Part shown: piece by piece, positions 33,895-47,092 of the stretch
Layout of the letters: each line of letters begins with the position of its first letter
Numbering within the stretch: the first letter of the stretch is position 1
Source: Narcine bancroftii
Lineage: Eukaryota
Assembly (NCBI RefSeq): GCF_036971445.1
Contig: NC_091471.1
Location: 355,012,001-355,076,000, forward strand
DNA: 64,000 nucleotides
Direction: 5' to 3'
Program-made: the position numbers and the translations under genes
Notes under the pieces: generated by a model
Told to the model about the DNA's origin: nothing
Seen by the model: the letters and a program-made list of their open reading frames with translations, nothing else
Database searches by the model: none

Positions 33895-36800
33895 GTGAGT
33901 GGCAGGCTGGCGAGGGCGGGGAGGTGGTGACAGGCCGTCCGGTCTCGGGCTCGGGGAGCGAGGCGAGGCGAGGCCCACAAGCGGGAGGGAGGGAGGGGGA
34001 AGATGTGACAAGGAGGAGTCTCTGCTGTCGTCCCGAATCTGCCCTCGGGGTCTGGCCGCGGCTGCACCCTGGTCCTCGGGGTCTGGTTACCGGGGACGTG
34101 GCTGGCTGCATGGCCGCTTCCTTAGACTCCACCCCGGAGGAGGGATGGTCATTCACTCGGCGTCGCGGAGATTGGTGCTGAGCTCCGGGCCTTGTCATCC
34201 GTGCCAGGGCCCGTCGGTCACCACCAGCGGAAGGGTGACAGATCTCCAGGCGGCACGGGACTCCGCAGCTCCCCCAGGCCCGTCCCTTTCCTGGTTCTCC
34301 CCCCCCCCCCCGCATCCCTAGCGGACGGGTGATTGATCTCCAGACGGCCATGGGACTCCGCACCTCCCCCAGGCCCGTCCCCGGCCCAGCCCTGGCTTCC
34401 CCCCCGCTCACCCATCGAGCTGGTGACTAATCACCGTGCGTTTCCCAGCCGCCACAGTACTCATCAACTCCGCTGGGAATGGAAGGAAAGGCGGCTTCCT
34501 GTTGGGGATTGCGTTCATTCATGAAACACCGGCATTCGCAAACTTAAGATTGATTAAGAATCTATTGTCTTGACAGTTGTTGGGTAGAAATATCTCAGTG
34601 AAAACATTTATATGAACGACCATACAAAATAAATAAAAATAGTGCAAGAAAAAGTCAAAGTGAGGCAGTGGCTGTGGTTGATTGTTTATTCAGAAATCTG
34701 ATGGCAGAGGGGAAGAAGCTGTCCTTGTGCTCACTGACTGCTTGAGTTCCATTATGATAATTTCCGGTGACGCATTGATTATCAACTTGTTTTTTAAACT
34801 CTGGTGGTTTTCATATTTTTAAAATATACGGTCACATCCCATCATTTACTATCTATCATCAGACACCTCAACAAAAAACTCAATCATGGACTCACTTTGA
34901 TTTTTTTTCTCTAAGTATTGCAGTCAGTTTGTTTCCATTTCATTATTTACATGTGTATGTTCAGTATGGTTTTTTTTTTGAACACAAATAAGTGATAATT
35001 CTGCTTCACCTACAGGAAAAAGAATCTCAGGGTTGTATGTACTTGGATAATAAATCTGAAATCTAAACCAAAATAGCTGTTCCCAGTGGTGTTTTGATCC
35101 AAGTTTGGCGGAATGGTTGCCCGTTAGGTGTGGGAGAAAGGGAGCCATTACATCAACTTTGTGGATGAGTCTCACTATAAACTTGAATAGCATCCATCAG
35201 TGAATAGTTAAAATTTGAGGCCAGTAAGCAGTTCTGATGAAAGGTTAGTGATCTTAAATGTGGGAGAAAAACTTTTAGGAGTGGTAGGTATCTGGAATGT
35301 GGTGGAAAGTGATAGTAGCATTTAAGAAACTTCTAGATAGATTCACAAACATGAAGGGGATGGAGTGTTATCTGTTACGTGCAAGCAGCAGAGTTTTAAT
35401 TTGAATTGAATATCATATTTGGCACAGGCATAGGCCAAAGGGCCTGTTCCTTTACTGAACTGTTCTGTGTTTTGTATTTCTGCATGCACAGACATTATTT
35501 GGCCTAAGAATCAGAAACAGCCAATGGCTCTGGCTGTTCTGTTATCCAACAAAATTTTAGCTGACCTACCTCAACATCATTTTCCCCAGCATTCCCTTAA
35601 ATCCTCTCATCTATCGATTTTGAATGAACTTTGTGACTAAGCCTCCACATCTGTTGTATAGTGAGTCGAGAGATTTACTAGCCTCTGAACAAAATTCTTA
35701 TCCACCAGATTCGGGAACAGCTGCTACCCCTCCAGCTTCAGACTCCTCAGCAACAAACTCAATCAGGAACTCATTTTAGGACTCTTACTTTTGCACTTTA
35801 TTGATTTTTATTTCTCTCCTTATTGCACAGTTGACAGTGTTTCGATATTTAATGCTGTTTCATGTTCTTTGGGTGCCTTTCATGTAATCTGCATACTTTA
35901 AGGTTCAAAGTTCTTTTTTTGTCACGTATTAATACATGTGATATACATGATGCATTTCCAAGTTTTGTCTGTTATCTGGCAAACAAAACATCACCATCAA
36001 CATTCCCTGGCACCGCTAACACAATAAGAGAAAGAGAAGCAAAAAAAAGTCCATTCAGAAACAGAGCTTTCTCGCAGCCTCTGCAGTAGCAGACTCCAGT
36101 TCAAACCATTGGGCAAAGCATAGATTTACCAGAATGATCCTGATCTCCACAATTTACAAGGAGAGGTTATAGTTTGGAATTTGGAAACTTGAAGGGTGAA
36201 GATACTGACTGTAGATGCTGGAATCAAGTTCACCATCTGTCACTTTAAAACCAAACTGCAAATGCAGTGCGCGTTTTTTTTTTAAAGTTCCTCCAAAAAC
36301 AAAGATGCTACATTTAAACAACACAAGACTACACAAAAACAGCATTAGACAACACAAGACTACACTACTACACAGGACAAAGGTGCATAAAGTGAATGAA
36401 AACATTGCAACAATACAGTAATTAAAAACTTGACTAAAGGTACAGTAGAGACAACCTACAATATAATAGACTCAGGATATTAAAAGTCTGATAGCTTGAT
36501 TAAAGAAACTGCCCCACAGTTCACAATCCATAGGAGCCCAAAAGACTTGACACCAGGAGAAAACAACCTTTGTAGGAACTTCATGGATCAAGCAGAGGAG
36601 AACCTACATTAAAAACTGGGTCTCTCTTTTGGTTGGGAAGCTTGTGGCTTCTTTCTTCCCTTGAAAATCTAAAACTGAGAGCCATCGTTCAAAATAAAGG
36701 GTCAGATAGACGAGAGAGATGAATTTTGATTGTGTTTCACACACCTTGGGGACTCTCCTGAAGGAGAGCAGGAAGCAGAGTTCAAAAGACTTTCAGACAG

Positions 36801-37101
36801 TAATTGTTTACCATGGGTAGTTACAAGTTAAAGACTTCATTGAACAGAAGAATATGAGCAAGTGGCTTAATGTTTATCTTAATTTGAAGCTCCCAAGCAT
36901 TTAATCAATTGTTAAAATTGGGAACAAAGTTCCAGTGTTCAGGTCTTGGATAAGTGGGCTTGAAGTAGCAATTTCTGTGGTATTTTTAGCAGAACAGGCT
37001 TTGGTGCCACCTCTAACTAATAGGGTAGGACTGATGAAAGAGGTTGGGCAATGATGGGAGTTGATGCAAATTGTTAACTCAGTGGTGTCTTATTTTTACA
37101 G

Positions 37102-37168
37102 GTGTGTAAATACTTCCTGTGTGGATTCTGTCCAGCTGAGTTATTTACCAATACACGTTCTGATTTGG
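37102..37168 (+). CDS. LUC7L3: LUC7L3 coding exon 2 (zinc finger 1)
   Basis: TTTTACAG|VCKYFLCGFCPAELFTNTRSDL G|GTAAGA; 67 nt. Confidence 0.96.
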
Positions 37169-39023
37169 GTAAGATTGCCTCATTTATTAACTACTTCATA
37201 ATGCTCAACACTCGGGGAAGTGTATGTGTCAGAGCTGCCATTTACAACAAACATGGATATAGGATAAGATGAAGCATTGGTACATGGATGGTTGCCTCCA
37301 ATTTTGAGAGTAATGTATAGTGGGGCCTTGAGGGATCTTGCTCTGGTGTCTTGTCACATTTCAGTTATAGTTGATGAGGGGTGTTGCCACTGCTTCATTA
37401 ATGTTAGGGCCAATCCTCTACCTTTCTTTGCCCTTTCAACTCTGTGTCCATAAATTGTCCTTGATATTGTGCACTGGTTAAAGGTAGATGTTGAGAAGAT
37501 GTTTCCCATTGGGGGAAAGTGGGGTGGATATTTCTGGAATTATGGGCCAAAGCTTCAGAATGATTGTCTCATTACAGGAAGGTTATGGAGGCTTTAAAAA
37601 TGTCTGGGAAGAGTTTGAACAAACTTAAATTGTTTTCTCTTGATTGTCAAAGGCTGAGGAGAAATCTAATAGATGTTTATAAAAAATTGAGGCATTGATA
37701 GGGTAGAAAATGTCCAATTCTAGACTGTATGTATTTGAGGTGGGGAGGGATTTTTTTTTAACTGAGATTAATAGGTGCCTGAAATTGGCTGCTGGGGTTG
37801 TGGTGGAAGTATATGTAAAAGTAGCATTTAAGAGGTTTTTAAGATCGACCTATGTATACGCAGAGAGTAGAGGGATGTGGTTTGTGCACAGGCAGGAAAG
37901 AGTCAGTTCAGGAAAACAAACTACAGATGCTGGAATTGAACAAATGCAACTACGTGGAGGAACTCTGGCTCAGGCAGCATCCACGGGTGGAAATGGAGTC
38001 AGCATTTCAAGTCAAGTCCCTTTGTTTATCAAGACTGATATTATAAAGGAGGGGTGGGGCAAGGAAATAATAGAATATTGGATAGTAGGTAGGAGAGGTG
38101 GAAAGACCACTGGGTGGTGGGATGGTGGTTGGAGAGAAAAGTAAGAACAAGAGCAGGTGAGGGAGTGGTGGAAATTGTTGACCCAGATAGAGCTGAGTGG
38201 TTACTTGAGATTTAGCTTGGCATTGTATTCGTCCCAGTCATCAAAAGCTGAAGGCATGTTCCTGTGCTGTACATGGGGGATTTCCCATTTCTGACCAAGA
38301 TGAGGGCAATTTCTTGGGTCACAAACCTTAGTAATCCTCGACTTCAGAAAGCTGTAGACTAAAGGCAGAATTAACAAAAATGGATGGATTTTTCATCTAA
38401 AGAGGTTTTAGCAACCAGCAGCAGCGAAACTAAAATCAGAAGCCATGAACCTACTGAGCAATGGATGAGGGTAGAGGAACATGTGGCCCATAACTTCTGT
38501 TTGTGTTCTTGGGTGCAGGAAAGGTGAGATAGAAATCCAGTGCTGCACATCCCACTCTGATACGACCAGCCACTTGTTTTAACTTGAGCCAATTTTATCA
38601 TCATTTTGCTTCATCCAGTCAAGCTATATTTTAGTGAAATTGCTTCTTGGCTTCTCCCAATCACTATGTGATTCACTCCTAGTAGGTAAAACCCTTCACC
38701 CAAGGATCAATGTCGTGAATTTTTGCAGTTAATACAGGAAAGTAGAGCTGATGCCTCAGTGTCAGAGATCAAGGTTCAATCCTAATCTTGAGTGCAGTTT
38801 GTGTGGAGTTCTTGTTGTGATTGAACATCTTCAGGGAACTCTGCTGTCAGAGAGCAGCAGCAATCATCGAGGATCCACACCACCCAGCACATGCTCTGTT
38901 CTCAATTCTACCATCAGGAAAGAGGTTGAGGTGCCACAAGGCTTACACCACCAGGTTCAGGAACAGCTGCTACCTCCATCATCAGACTCCTCAACAAACT
39001 CAATCAGGGACTCATTAAAGGAC

Positions 39024-41960
39024 TTTCAGCGGGCTGGGTCAACCCCGCACATGATGGGGCGAATCGCCATAGCGAACAGCCAGCGCGGCAGGGCACAGGG
39101 GCTTCACCCCTCCTACGGCTCAAATGTTCCAGGCTGCAGGAGCACATTGCCAGGGGAACGGCCAGGCCTCAGCAGCATTATGACATCACTTCCGTGAGCC
39201 TGTCACCTACCCTTAAAAGGGAACGTGCGTGGTTTGAATAAATGGCAGTGCCGGTTTACTTGGTGTGGACAGCATTTATTTCACCAGCTCTGCCTTTAGC
39301 AGTGCTACAGTGATGACCCACCCCCCCCCCCCGCCCCGAAAAGGTTCTAACATTTTTAGAACCCACAGCACACAGCAAGATGAATCCTGCCGACTCATCC
39401 ACAGCCTAAGCGGCTGCCACCAACGGAATCCCTTGGCAGTTTACACGGTAAGTGTGACTTGCTGCCATTCTGGGCGAACCAGCCGCACAGTTGGCTGCAA
39501 CTTGCAGAATCACAGTTCACCCTGCGAGGAACAACAGCTGAGGACATGAAGTTCTGGCATGTGATCAGCGCCACAGCAGCGAAGGTCACCCCGTTTGTCA
39601 ACAATCCATTCTTGGACGGCAAGTACACAATGGATGTTTAAGGGGTTTTTGCTTGAGTCATTTGAACTCAGCCGGCATGAGCGGTCCTTTCGCGTGATTA
39701 ACACGCATGGCCTGGGTGGTTGCAACCCCTCAGAACTGATGAAGGAACTAGTGAACCTTGCGGCACAAAGTGCTTCCTGTTTAAAGCCCTGTTCCTTTAC
39801 AAGTTGCAAGTCTTTTACAAGTCTGCCATCTCCAACATGGACTTTGCTGAACTGCACTCCGTGTCGAGAGAAGCAGACTGGCTCTTCTGCAGCCCATTTG
39901 CGCAGCAGGAGCAACAGCACAAACGTCAGCCACCTTGTGAGCTCCCATGGCAACCATTGCAGCAATCCAGCCACAACGCGATGACCACAGCGTCAAAACA
40001 GCAAGGTACTGCCTCTATCACCATCAGTGGGGCTGCAATACCTGGCGGTGTGTACCGCTCTACACCTTTGCAGGCAGCAAACCCAGGCTGGAAACAAGCA
40101 AGCTGGCCGCTGTGGCCCTCGATGGTTGGCTCCTGAAAAGGCCTTCTTTACCTTTTGACTGGAAGGCCCAGTGGGAATTCCTGATAGACACTGGCACAGA
40201 AATCAGCCTAGTTCTGCCCACGTTCTTTGAGCAGAAGAATATTGCCAGAAGCTTACCCCTGCAGGCTACCAATGGTTCAACTATCCCCACCTATGGGACA
40301 CATTGCGTGACCATTCACATTGGGAGCACTGTTTTCAGGTGGGATTGTACTGTCGCCTCAGTAGGCCAGGCTCTCCTAGGAGCAGATTTCCTCTGGGCGA
40401 ACAAACTTCTGGTTGACCTCAACCGATGCCGGCTGATTAATGTCACCACCTTCCAAGTTTTCCCCTCCCCCTCACACTTTCCAGCCTGTGGGGGCCCACG
40501 CTCTTAAACAAAGTGAGTACACCGCACTGCTCACCAACTTCCCTGCTCTACTGGCCCCCAACTCCTACGATGCAGAACCAGCACATGGTGTGCAACGCCA
40601 CATTCAGACCACCGGATCACACATGTACTCATGGGCACGGTGACTGCCCCACGATAAGCTCCTCTAAGCTAAGGCTGAGTTTGTCACGATGAAGGAATTG
40701 GGGATCATCTGCTGTTCCAACAACCCATGGGCTTCATCATTACACATGGTCCCAAAGAATTCTGGCAGCTGGCGCCCATGCGCAAACTACCACAGGCTCA
40801 ATTTCGCAACGATACCCCATCCCACATGTATGGGACTTTGCCGCACAACTCCAAGGTGCCCAGATTTTTCCCCAAAGTCAGTCTGGTGAAGGGCTACCAC
40901 CAGATTCCAGTGCACCATGACAACGTCCAGAAGATTGGCCTCTTCGAGTTCCTGAGAATGTCATTTGGGCTTAAAAACTCAGCCCAAACCTTCTAGAGCC
41001 TCATGGACGTGGTGACAAGAGACCTGGAGGGGATTTTTGTGTACTTAGAGACATTCTCATTGGCAGCCCAGGCGTAGGACTCACAAAGAAAATTTAAAAC
41101 ACCTGTTTGCCCAACTGCAGACTTGTCGGGCTAACCATCAACCCGTCCAAGTGCCAGTTTAGTTTATCCACCATAGACTTCTGTGGACACCGCATCTCCA
41201 GCGAAGGAGCAACACTTTTGCCTGACAAGGTTTTTAAAAAAATTTTTTATTTTTATTTTTCATACTATGAACCATATTGACCAAAATACACACAAACATT
41301 TCCCTCTTGAATATACAGTCATTTTCTCCACTTTTCCCCCCTCCCTTCCCTCCCTCCTTCCCACCCCACTCCCCACCCACGAAACGTTCAACATGTACAA
41401 TACATTAAACAATGTCATCACACAATGAAAATAAACAAGAAAATTGTGTCATATACTTTTACACACTGGGTCAGTTTCCTGACAAGGTTGAGACCATTTG
41501 GAACTTTCCCAGGCCCAAAACCATTAAAAGTCTGCAAGAATTCCTTGGGATGGTGAATTTCTATAATCACTTCCTCCCAGGAGCAGCAGCCACCAGACGG
41601 CCTCTCTTTAACCTCATTAAGGCAGGTAATAAGGAGCCCAGCTGGTCTCCGGAGGCACTCCAAGCATTCGAGGAGATCAAAACAGCACTTTCCAAAGCTA
41701 CGTCCCTAGCACACCCGCGTCCAGACTTACCCCTGTCGTTAAAAACAGACGCCTCAGTGGGCGCAGTGCTGCAACAGTGGGTGGATCACCAGTGGCGGCC
41801 ACTTGCCTTCTTCAGCAAACACCTCTGACCACCTGAGCTGGAGTGCGGTGCTTTTGATTGTGAACTGCTGGCAATGTACCATGCCATTGCCAGTACATCC
41901 TCGAAGGCCGAGTGTTCACGGCTAACACAGACCACAAGCCACTATTGCAGGCGCTGGGCA
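39024..41960 (+). mobile_element. Degraded Ty3/Gypsy LTR retrotransposon (5'LTR, PBS, gag, PR, RT, RNase H) in LUC7L3 intron 2
   Basis: LTR with AATAAA ends ...GCTACA at 39309, followed by a degenerate tRNA-Trp-type PBS (TGATGACCC). Gag LLPFWANQPHSW...AESQF; protease FLIDTGTEIS; RT PWASSLHMVPK..GSWRPC, GYHQIP, MSFGLKNSAQTF; RNase H TDAS...WRPLAFFSK. Confidence 0.88.
41233..41477 (-). mobile_element. 5'-truncated L1-type 3' end inserted antisense into the Gypsy pol
   Basis: 12-bp TSD CCTGACAAGGTT at 41221-41232 and 41478-41489; T-rich head; tail similar to the L1 3' ends at ~20260 and ~54600. Confidence 0.78.
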
Positions 41961-43420
41961 AAGTCTTGGCAACAATGGCACCTTTTCAAATTCAAGTTAA
42001 ATATATTCAATTATAAAGTTCAACTAGATGAAATGGTATTCTTCAGTCCTCGGTGTAAAAACTTGCGAACGAATATATTGACCTAGCACACATATTTACA
42101 AGCAATTTATGTGCAGTACAGATAAAAAAAATATTGTTTAAATAATAGATTCTTGGAGGGATTGTATGATCTTCACCTGTTTCGCATTCTCGCTGCCCGT
42201 GGAAAGAAGCTGTTATTCATCCTGGTGGTACTGGCTCTGATGGGAGCAGCTGACAGATCCTGTGTGCGGGGTGGAAGGCATCAACAATTTTTAGCCCTCT
42301 TCAAACAACAGACTTGGTTGATTACATGGTGGGGGGGGGGGGAGAACCCCGAGTGATTCTTTCTGCCACTTTTGTGGTCCTGTGGATTGACCTCCCGTCC
42401 AATGCTTAACAGAAATCTCATCACACCGTGCAGCCAGCCAGACGGCTCTCGATAGAGCTCCTGTAGAAAGTCGACAGGTGTTTGTTTCCATTCATTTCCT
42501 CTGCACTTTCAGGGAGGTAATCTTTGATTAATACTTGGATTGGTGATGGTCAATTTCTTGTTCTCCACTCTCACAGCTGTTCTCTTCATTCTCCATAACT
42601 CTCCCTTTGCTCTTTATAGTCTGTTGTACTGATTTTTCTCAGTTCTCATGCTGAACTTGCTGAGTATTTTTTTTTATTCCACCTTTTTCCTTCCCTATTT
42701 GCTGCATTTTAAGGTTTGTGCATTTCCAGCGTTACTGGTTTCCCACCAATTGAATCAGGTTGTCTTGGTAACTTTCTCTACCTTAAAATTTTTTTCTTTG
42801 GGTTATACTTCATATGCAGTCACCCTACCTGTTCATGTAACATGCTATCCCCCTTCGCTAACACCTTCCATCTTCACGTTTGCTTTCCCACTTTGCTTTA
42901 CAAACTTCAGTACATCAGTTTGTGTTTTTGTCTGGTTTGTATGTACAATGTGAATTGTTGAGAGTGCCTCGTGAACCCATCACTTAGAGGGGCCTAGGAG
43001 TGACCCTTTATTTCAGCTGTTTTCCTGCTCTATTTCTGCTCTTCCATCCAAGATCATCTTTTCAACTCCACCAGATCAGTTGTGTGCATTCTTGTCACAA
43101 CCCATTTAAAATGCATGTTGCCCACTGCTCCTCATAACTTGCCCTGTGTGTGTAATTAGAGGGCTGTGTCGCATTGTGGTGGCAATTCTATCATGGTCAT
43201 AAGCCAACTTTACTAAAACAGGAGATGTCTCTTTACTTTGGTTATAATCCCCCATGTAAAGCAGATAAATGTTAATGACTAGGGAGAAGTGACTGATTTA
43301 CTTTGGTCATCCATCTGATGATTGGACGTTAGACCTTTACTGTAAAAGTCAACATGAAATCTGCTAGTCACAGATTCTCAGTGTGCATCATTAACAATCT
43401 GGGCATCAGGTCAATTTATT

Positions 43421-43672
43421 TGTGGCGGCATGCCAATTAGGGAGGCGAACCGGCCCCGCTTGTAATCCACGTGGCGAGGCAGCCGGCCAAAATGACGCCG
43501 ACGGGGGTTTCCCCTTCTTCTCAGCACCGGGCTCAGAAGCCCCCCAGCGCGGTTCTCAGCCAGGTCCGGGGCTGGGAGTACAAGTCCAGCCCGGCAGCCA
43601 GCAATAAACCAGTTTTCTGCTCACTGATCTCAACCCGTCTGGTTTTGTGTTCTTTCAGTAGCTGCCGCTACA
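43421..43672 (+). mobile_element. Solo LTR (252 bp, Gypsy-like)
   Basis: TGTGGCGGCA...TGCCGCTACA terminal inverted repeat (9/10), internal AATAAA, flanks TATT/TGTT (near-TSD), CpG-rich. Confidence 0.8.
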
Positions 43673-44250
43673 TGTTAATGTTTGCTTTTTGCTGTGAAGT
43701 TTACAGTTCTGCCATTCTTGTCATTTTCCACATTACCATGTCCTTTTGTTTTCCATCATCACCCTATTTGATCTCTTCTCGTATTCCTCCACCTCACCTT
43801 TCCCAACCTTTCTCTATTTCTGCACATATTTAAAACCTGTTTTTTTTTTCCACATTGGTCCAATTCTGAATCATGAAACATTAACTCTCTGTTAACGTCT
43901 GAATTGCGGAGTATTTCCACCAGTTTCTACAGTATTTTTATTTCTAATTTCCAACATCTGCAGCACTTCAGTGACACGTCCCAGTAACCAGATTCAATTC
44001 TTAGATCTAGTGTCCCAGACCAAGGGTTATCGCAGTGTATTCGTTCTCTGCCTGTGTTTATTTTGAATTTGTCCTGCACTGTGTCCACTGGAGCTATGAC
44101 TCAACGCGTGTGAATGTATTTAAAAAGCTGTTTTTTTGTGTTTGGAGCAAGTGTTTTGTGTAATGATGGGCTAGTGAAGTTTTTGGATGGTGTGGCCCGG
44201 CTAATTTGGAGTGAGGTGCACCTTGGCTGATTTTTATTTTGCTCCTTCAG

Positions 44251-44290
44251 GTCCTTGCGAGAAAATTCACGATGACAACCTACGAAAGTA
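44251..44290 (+). CDS. LUC7L3: LUC7L3 coding exon 3
   Basis: CTTCAG|(G)PCEKIHDDNLRK TA|GTAAGT; 40 nt. Confidence 0.94.
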
Positions 44291-44370
44291 GTAAGTATCT
44301 CATTGTATGGGCTTCTTGCTGGTTTTACTGCCATGGAGCAAATGTGTGATCATTCCCCTTTTCTCCACAG

Positions 44371-44518
44371 TTACGAGAAGAGCTCTCGTTTTATGAAAGT
44401 AGGCTATGAGAAGGATTTCTTGCGCTACCTCCAGAATCTGATGGCTGATGTGGAGCGGCGGATCCGTCGAGGTCATGCACGACTGGCACTCTCACAGAAC
44501 ACCTCTGCAGGAACCACG
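44371..44518 (+). CDS. LUC7L3: LUC7L3 coding exon 4
   Basis: CCACAG|YEKSSRFMKVGYEKDFLRYLQNLMADVERRIRRGHARLALSQNTSAGTT|GTGAGG; 148 nt. Confidence 0.94.
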
Positions 44519-44710
44519 GTGAGGGTGTGATGGGCTACGTGCTGCTGCATGAATATGGGGGTTATAGTGTGCGCATTGGAAGAGAGTGGTGAGTGGGGAT
44601 GAGATTAATGGGTAGAAGGTGTGGAGTAGACACTGGTGTTCTGAAACGCATGCCAGGGTCTGGCGGTTGGTGTCGTTGCTGATGTTGGCAATTTGATTTT
44701 CATCTTGCAG

Positions 44711-44785
44711 GCTGGAGGCCCTGTGAGTAAAAATGAAGAGAAGGGTCAGGTCCTAACCGAGAAGATTGAAGAACTCTTGGAACAG
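44711..44785 (+). CDS. LUC7L3: LUC7L3 coding exon 5
   Basis: TTGCAG|AGGPVSKNEEKGQVLTEKIEELLEQ|GTAAGG; 75 nt. Confidence 0.94.
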
Positions 44786-45719
44786 GTAAGGATGAATCCC
44801 TGTTGCTTAAAGCAAAATGCAAGTTTTGGGTTTCTTGCAGATTTTTCTTCATTTTCCTTACCGGAAGTGGAAAACGTTTCCACTAATTTTACTAAAACAT
44901 CAGTGTTATTGATGCTATTCTGCTTTGATCAATGGCATTCAAGATTCATAAACTACATGAGCAAAATGGGTTGTAGGCTAATCACATTATCGTTGGAACT
45001 GCTCTTCAATGTTGTTTGTGATCATGTCTCTGATATTTTTCTGTCCTGTCGACAGTGGGACTAGGAGAGAGCGTCTTTAGCCTTTTTTAAACTGCAGCAC
45101 CTGGGTAGCCCTCCTGGGACCTATGTGCGATTACTGGGGCAAAGGTACTGGAAGCACCTTTTAAATTGCAGGGGGATTGACCCATTAAATTGTCAACCCG
45201 GCGATTTAAGGGAGATCCTGCCACCCACAATGACACGTCACATACTCACCAGAAGTACTGCCGGATGTTTGGGTGCTGGCTGCCCAGTGATACACGTGCG
45301 CAAGCACTGACTTAACTGGAATAAGCGTGTTGGCCATTTTTGTTTTTAAATTGCCTGTGGACGTTACCTAGGTACGTCTAACTGGGTCCCCTGACTACTT
45401 CTGAGGTAGGTCAGGGTCCCGGTTGGATTCTTCTGATGGGGTTGACTGGGTCAGACCCTTTCTAACTGCTATGTAACTGGCGCTAATCGGGCAAATTGCC
45501 CAGTTAACCTCATTTTAAATGGCAGTTTGAAAGGGCCTATTGTTTTCAGAAGTGGAGTTGGGAAATGTCCCATGGTTGCAGCTAAATTCCCCCATACATG
45601 GAGTCACACAGCATGGAGACAGTCTGTGGCGCAGAGTGCTTACTAACCATCAGGCATTTGTTTGCATTAATCCCATTGGTATTCTCACCATATTCTTGTC
45701 AATTGGCCTCTTTCCTCCC

Positions 45720-45925
45720 GCGAGTCGGCGGGAGGGCGAGAGACTGAAGGCGTGAGTCGGGTGGGGGGGGGGTGGAGAGACGGTAGTGTGATTGGAAGGG
45801 GTTGGGGGTGGATACAGCAGCACAATTTGGGTGGGTTTGAATCTGGCTTTCCAAAATTTGGAAAAATCCAAAATTCGGAACACACTGTGCCCCCAGGGTT
45901 CCGGATTAAGGATTGTGTATCTGTA
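45720..45925 (-). mobile_element. Partial MITE copy, inverted relative to 46510-46860
   Basis: AAAATTCGGAACACACTGTGCCCCCAGGGTTCCGGATTAAGGATTGTG is the reverse complement of the left end of the 46510 element. Confidence 0.65.
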
Positions 45926-46078
45926 GCAAGACACAATGTTGAAGGTGGTTTCAAATGCATACCAATAGACATCTCTGATAAGAAAAGCAGTGCAGAGAAA
46001 GGCTGGTTGGTACCTAGCAAAGGCAACATAATTTTACTAATTTGGGGTTCAATCAAGAGTCTTTTAACAGTGGGGAAA

Positions 46079-46162
46079 GAAGCTGTCCTTTAATGTGATG
46101 GTGTGTGAAGCTGTCCTTTAATGTGATGGTGTGTGAAGTTGCCCTTTAATGTGATGGTGTGT
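46079..46162. repeat. Three 28-bp tandem units
   Basis: GAAGCTGTCCTTTAATGTGATGGTGTGT x3 (the third has 2 changes). Confidence 0.9.
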
Positions 46163-46509
46163 AATCTCTCACTCTTGCTTGTAATAAAGATCCTGTGTCT
46201 TAACCACCTGAACTGCCCTGCTAACTTTAAGAATCTGCACATGTTCTGAGGTCATTTGTTCCACCATGTTTGTCGCCTTGTAACCCTTACCCATTACCTG
46301 GTCCATCTGCCACTTGTATCCATCTGACCAGTTGCTTTATAAAGCTCACTTTGACAATTGGTATCAAAGCAGTAAGCTTTCTGCCCCATACACCAATAAT
46401 CATCAAATGTGGACTCCATTGCATTTCCTAACAGATGCTTTAGTGTAACTACACCACCTCTCCTCTCAGGTGGGGATAAAAAAAAATCCCATAATTTCAT
46501 TTGAGAGAT

Positions 46510-46860
46510 CACATTCCTTTATCCGAAACCCTTGGGGGACAGTGTGTTCTGAATTTCAAATTTTTCCGGATTTCGGAACAAAAGCCAGCTGCCCCAGACT
46601 TGAATCCACCCGAATTGTGCTGCCATATCCACCCCCTTCCAGTCACGCTTGTATGTCTCTCCCCCTCGCCCACCTGAGTCGCGCTGCCGTCTCTCTCTCC
46701 TCCCCCCGTTCGCGTCACACTGCCGTCTCTCTCTCTCTCTCCCCCCCGCCCGCCCGCATTGAGCTGCCGTCTCTTCCCGCCCACCCTCCCACCTTACCAG
46801 CACCAGGAAAAAAAAATGCCGATTTTTGGAGCTTTCCGGATAAAGGATTGTGTACCTCTA
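46510..46860 (+). mobile_element. MITE-like non-autonomous DNA transposon
   Basis: Terminal inverted repeats CACATTCCTTTATCCGAAA ... TTTCCGGATAAAGGATTGTG; no coding capacity. Confidence 0.65.
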
Positions 46861-46987
46861 TTTCTTTCAGGTATTTTGCCCAATTTTTGCCTTTTCAGAT
46901 ACTGATTTTCCTTAGGATCTTCCAAACTGCTTAATTCCTAAGGTTGTGGGAAGGTGCTGTTGAAAAGGTTGTTTTGCTTCTGAACAG

Positions 46988-47092
46988 ATCGAGGAGTTGG
47001 GTTCGGAGGGGAAGGTGGAAGAGGCCCAGGGAATGATGAAACTTGTGGAACAGCTGAAAGATGAGCGGGAGCAGCTGCGATCTGCCAGTTCA
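46988..47092 (+). CDS. LUC7L3: LUC7L3 coding exon 6
   Basis: AACAG|IEELGSEGKVEEAQGMMKLVEQLKDEREQLRSASS|GTGAGT; 105 nt. Confidence 0.95.
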
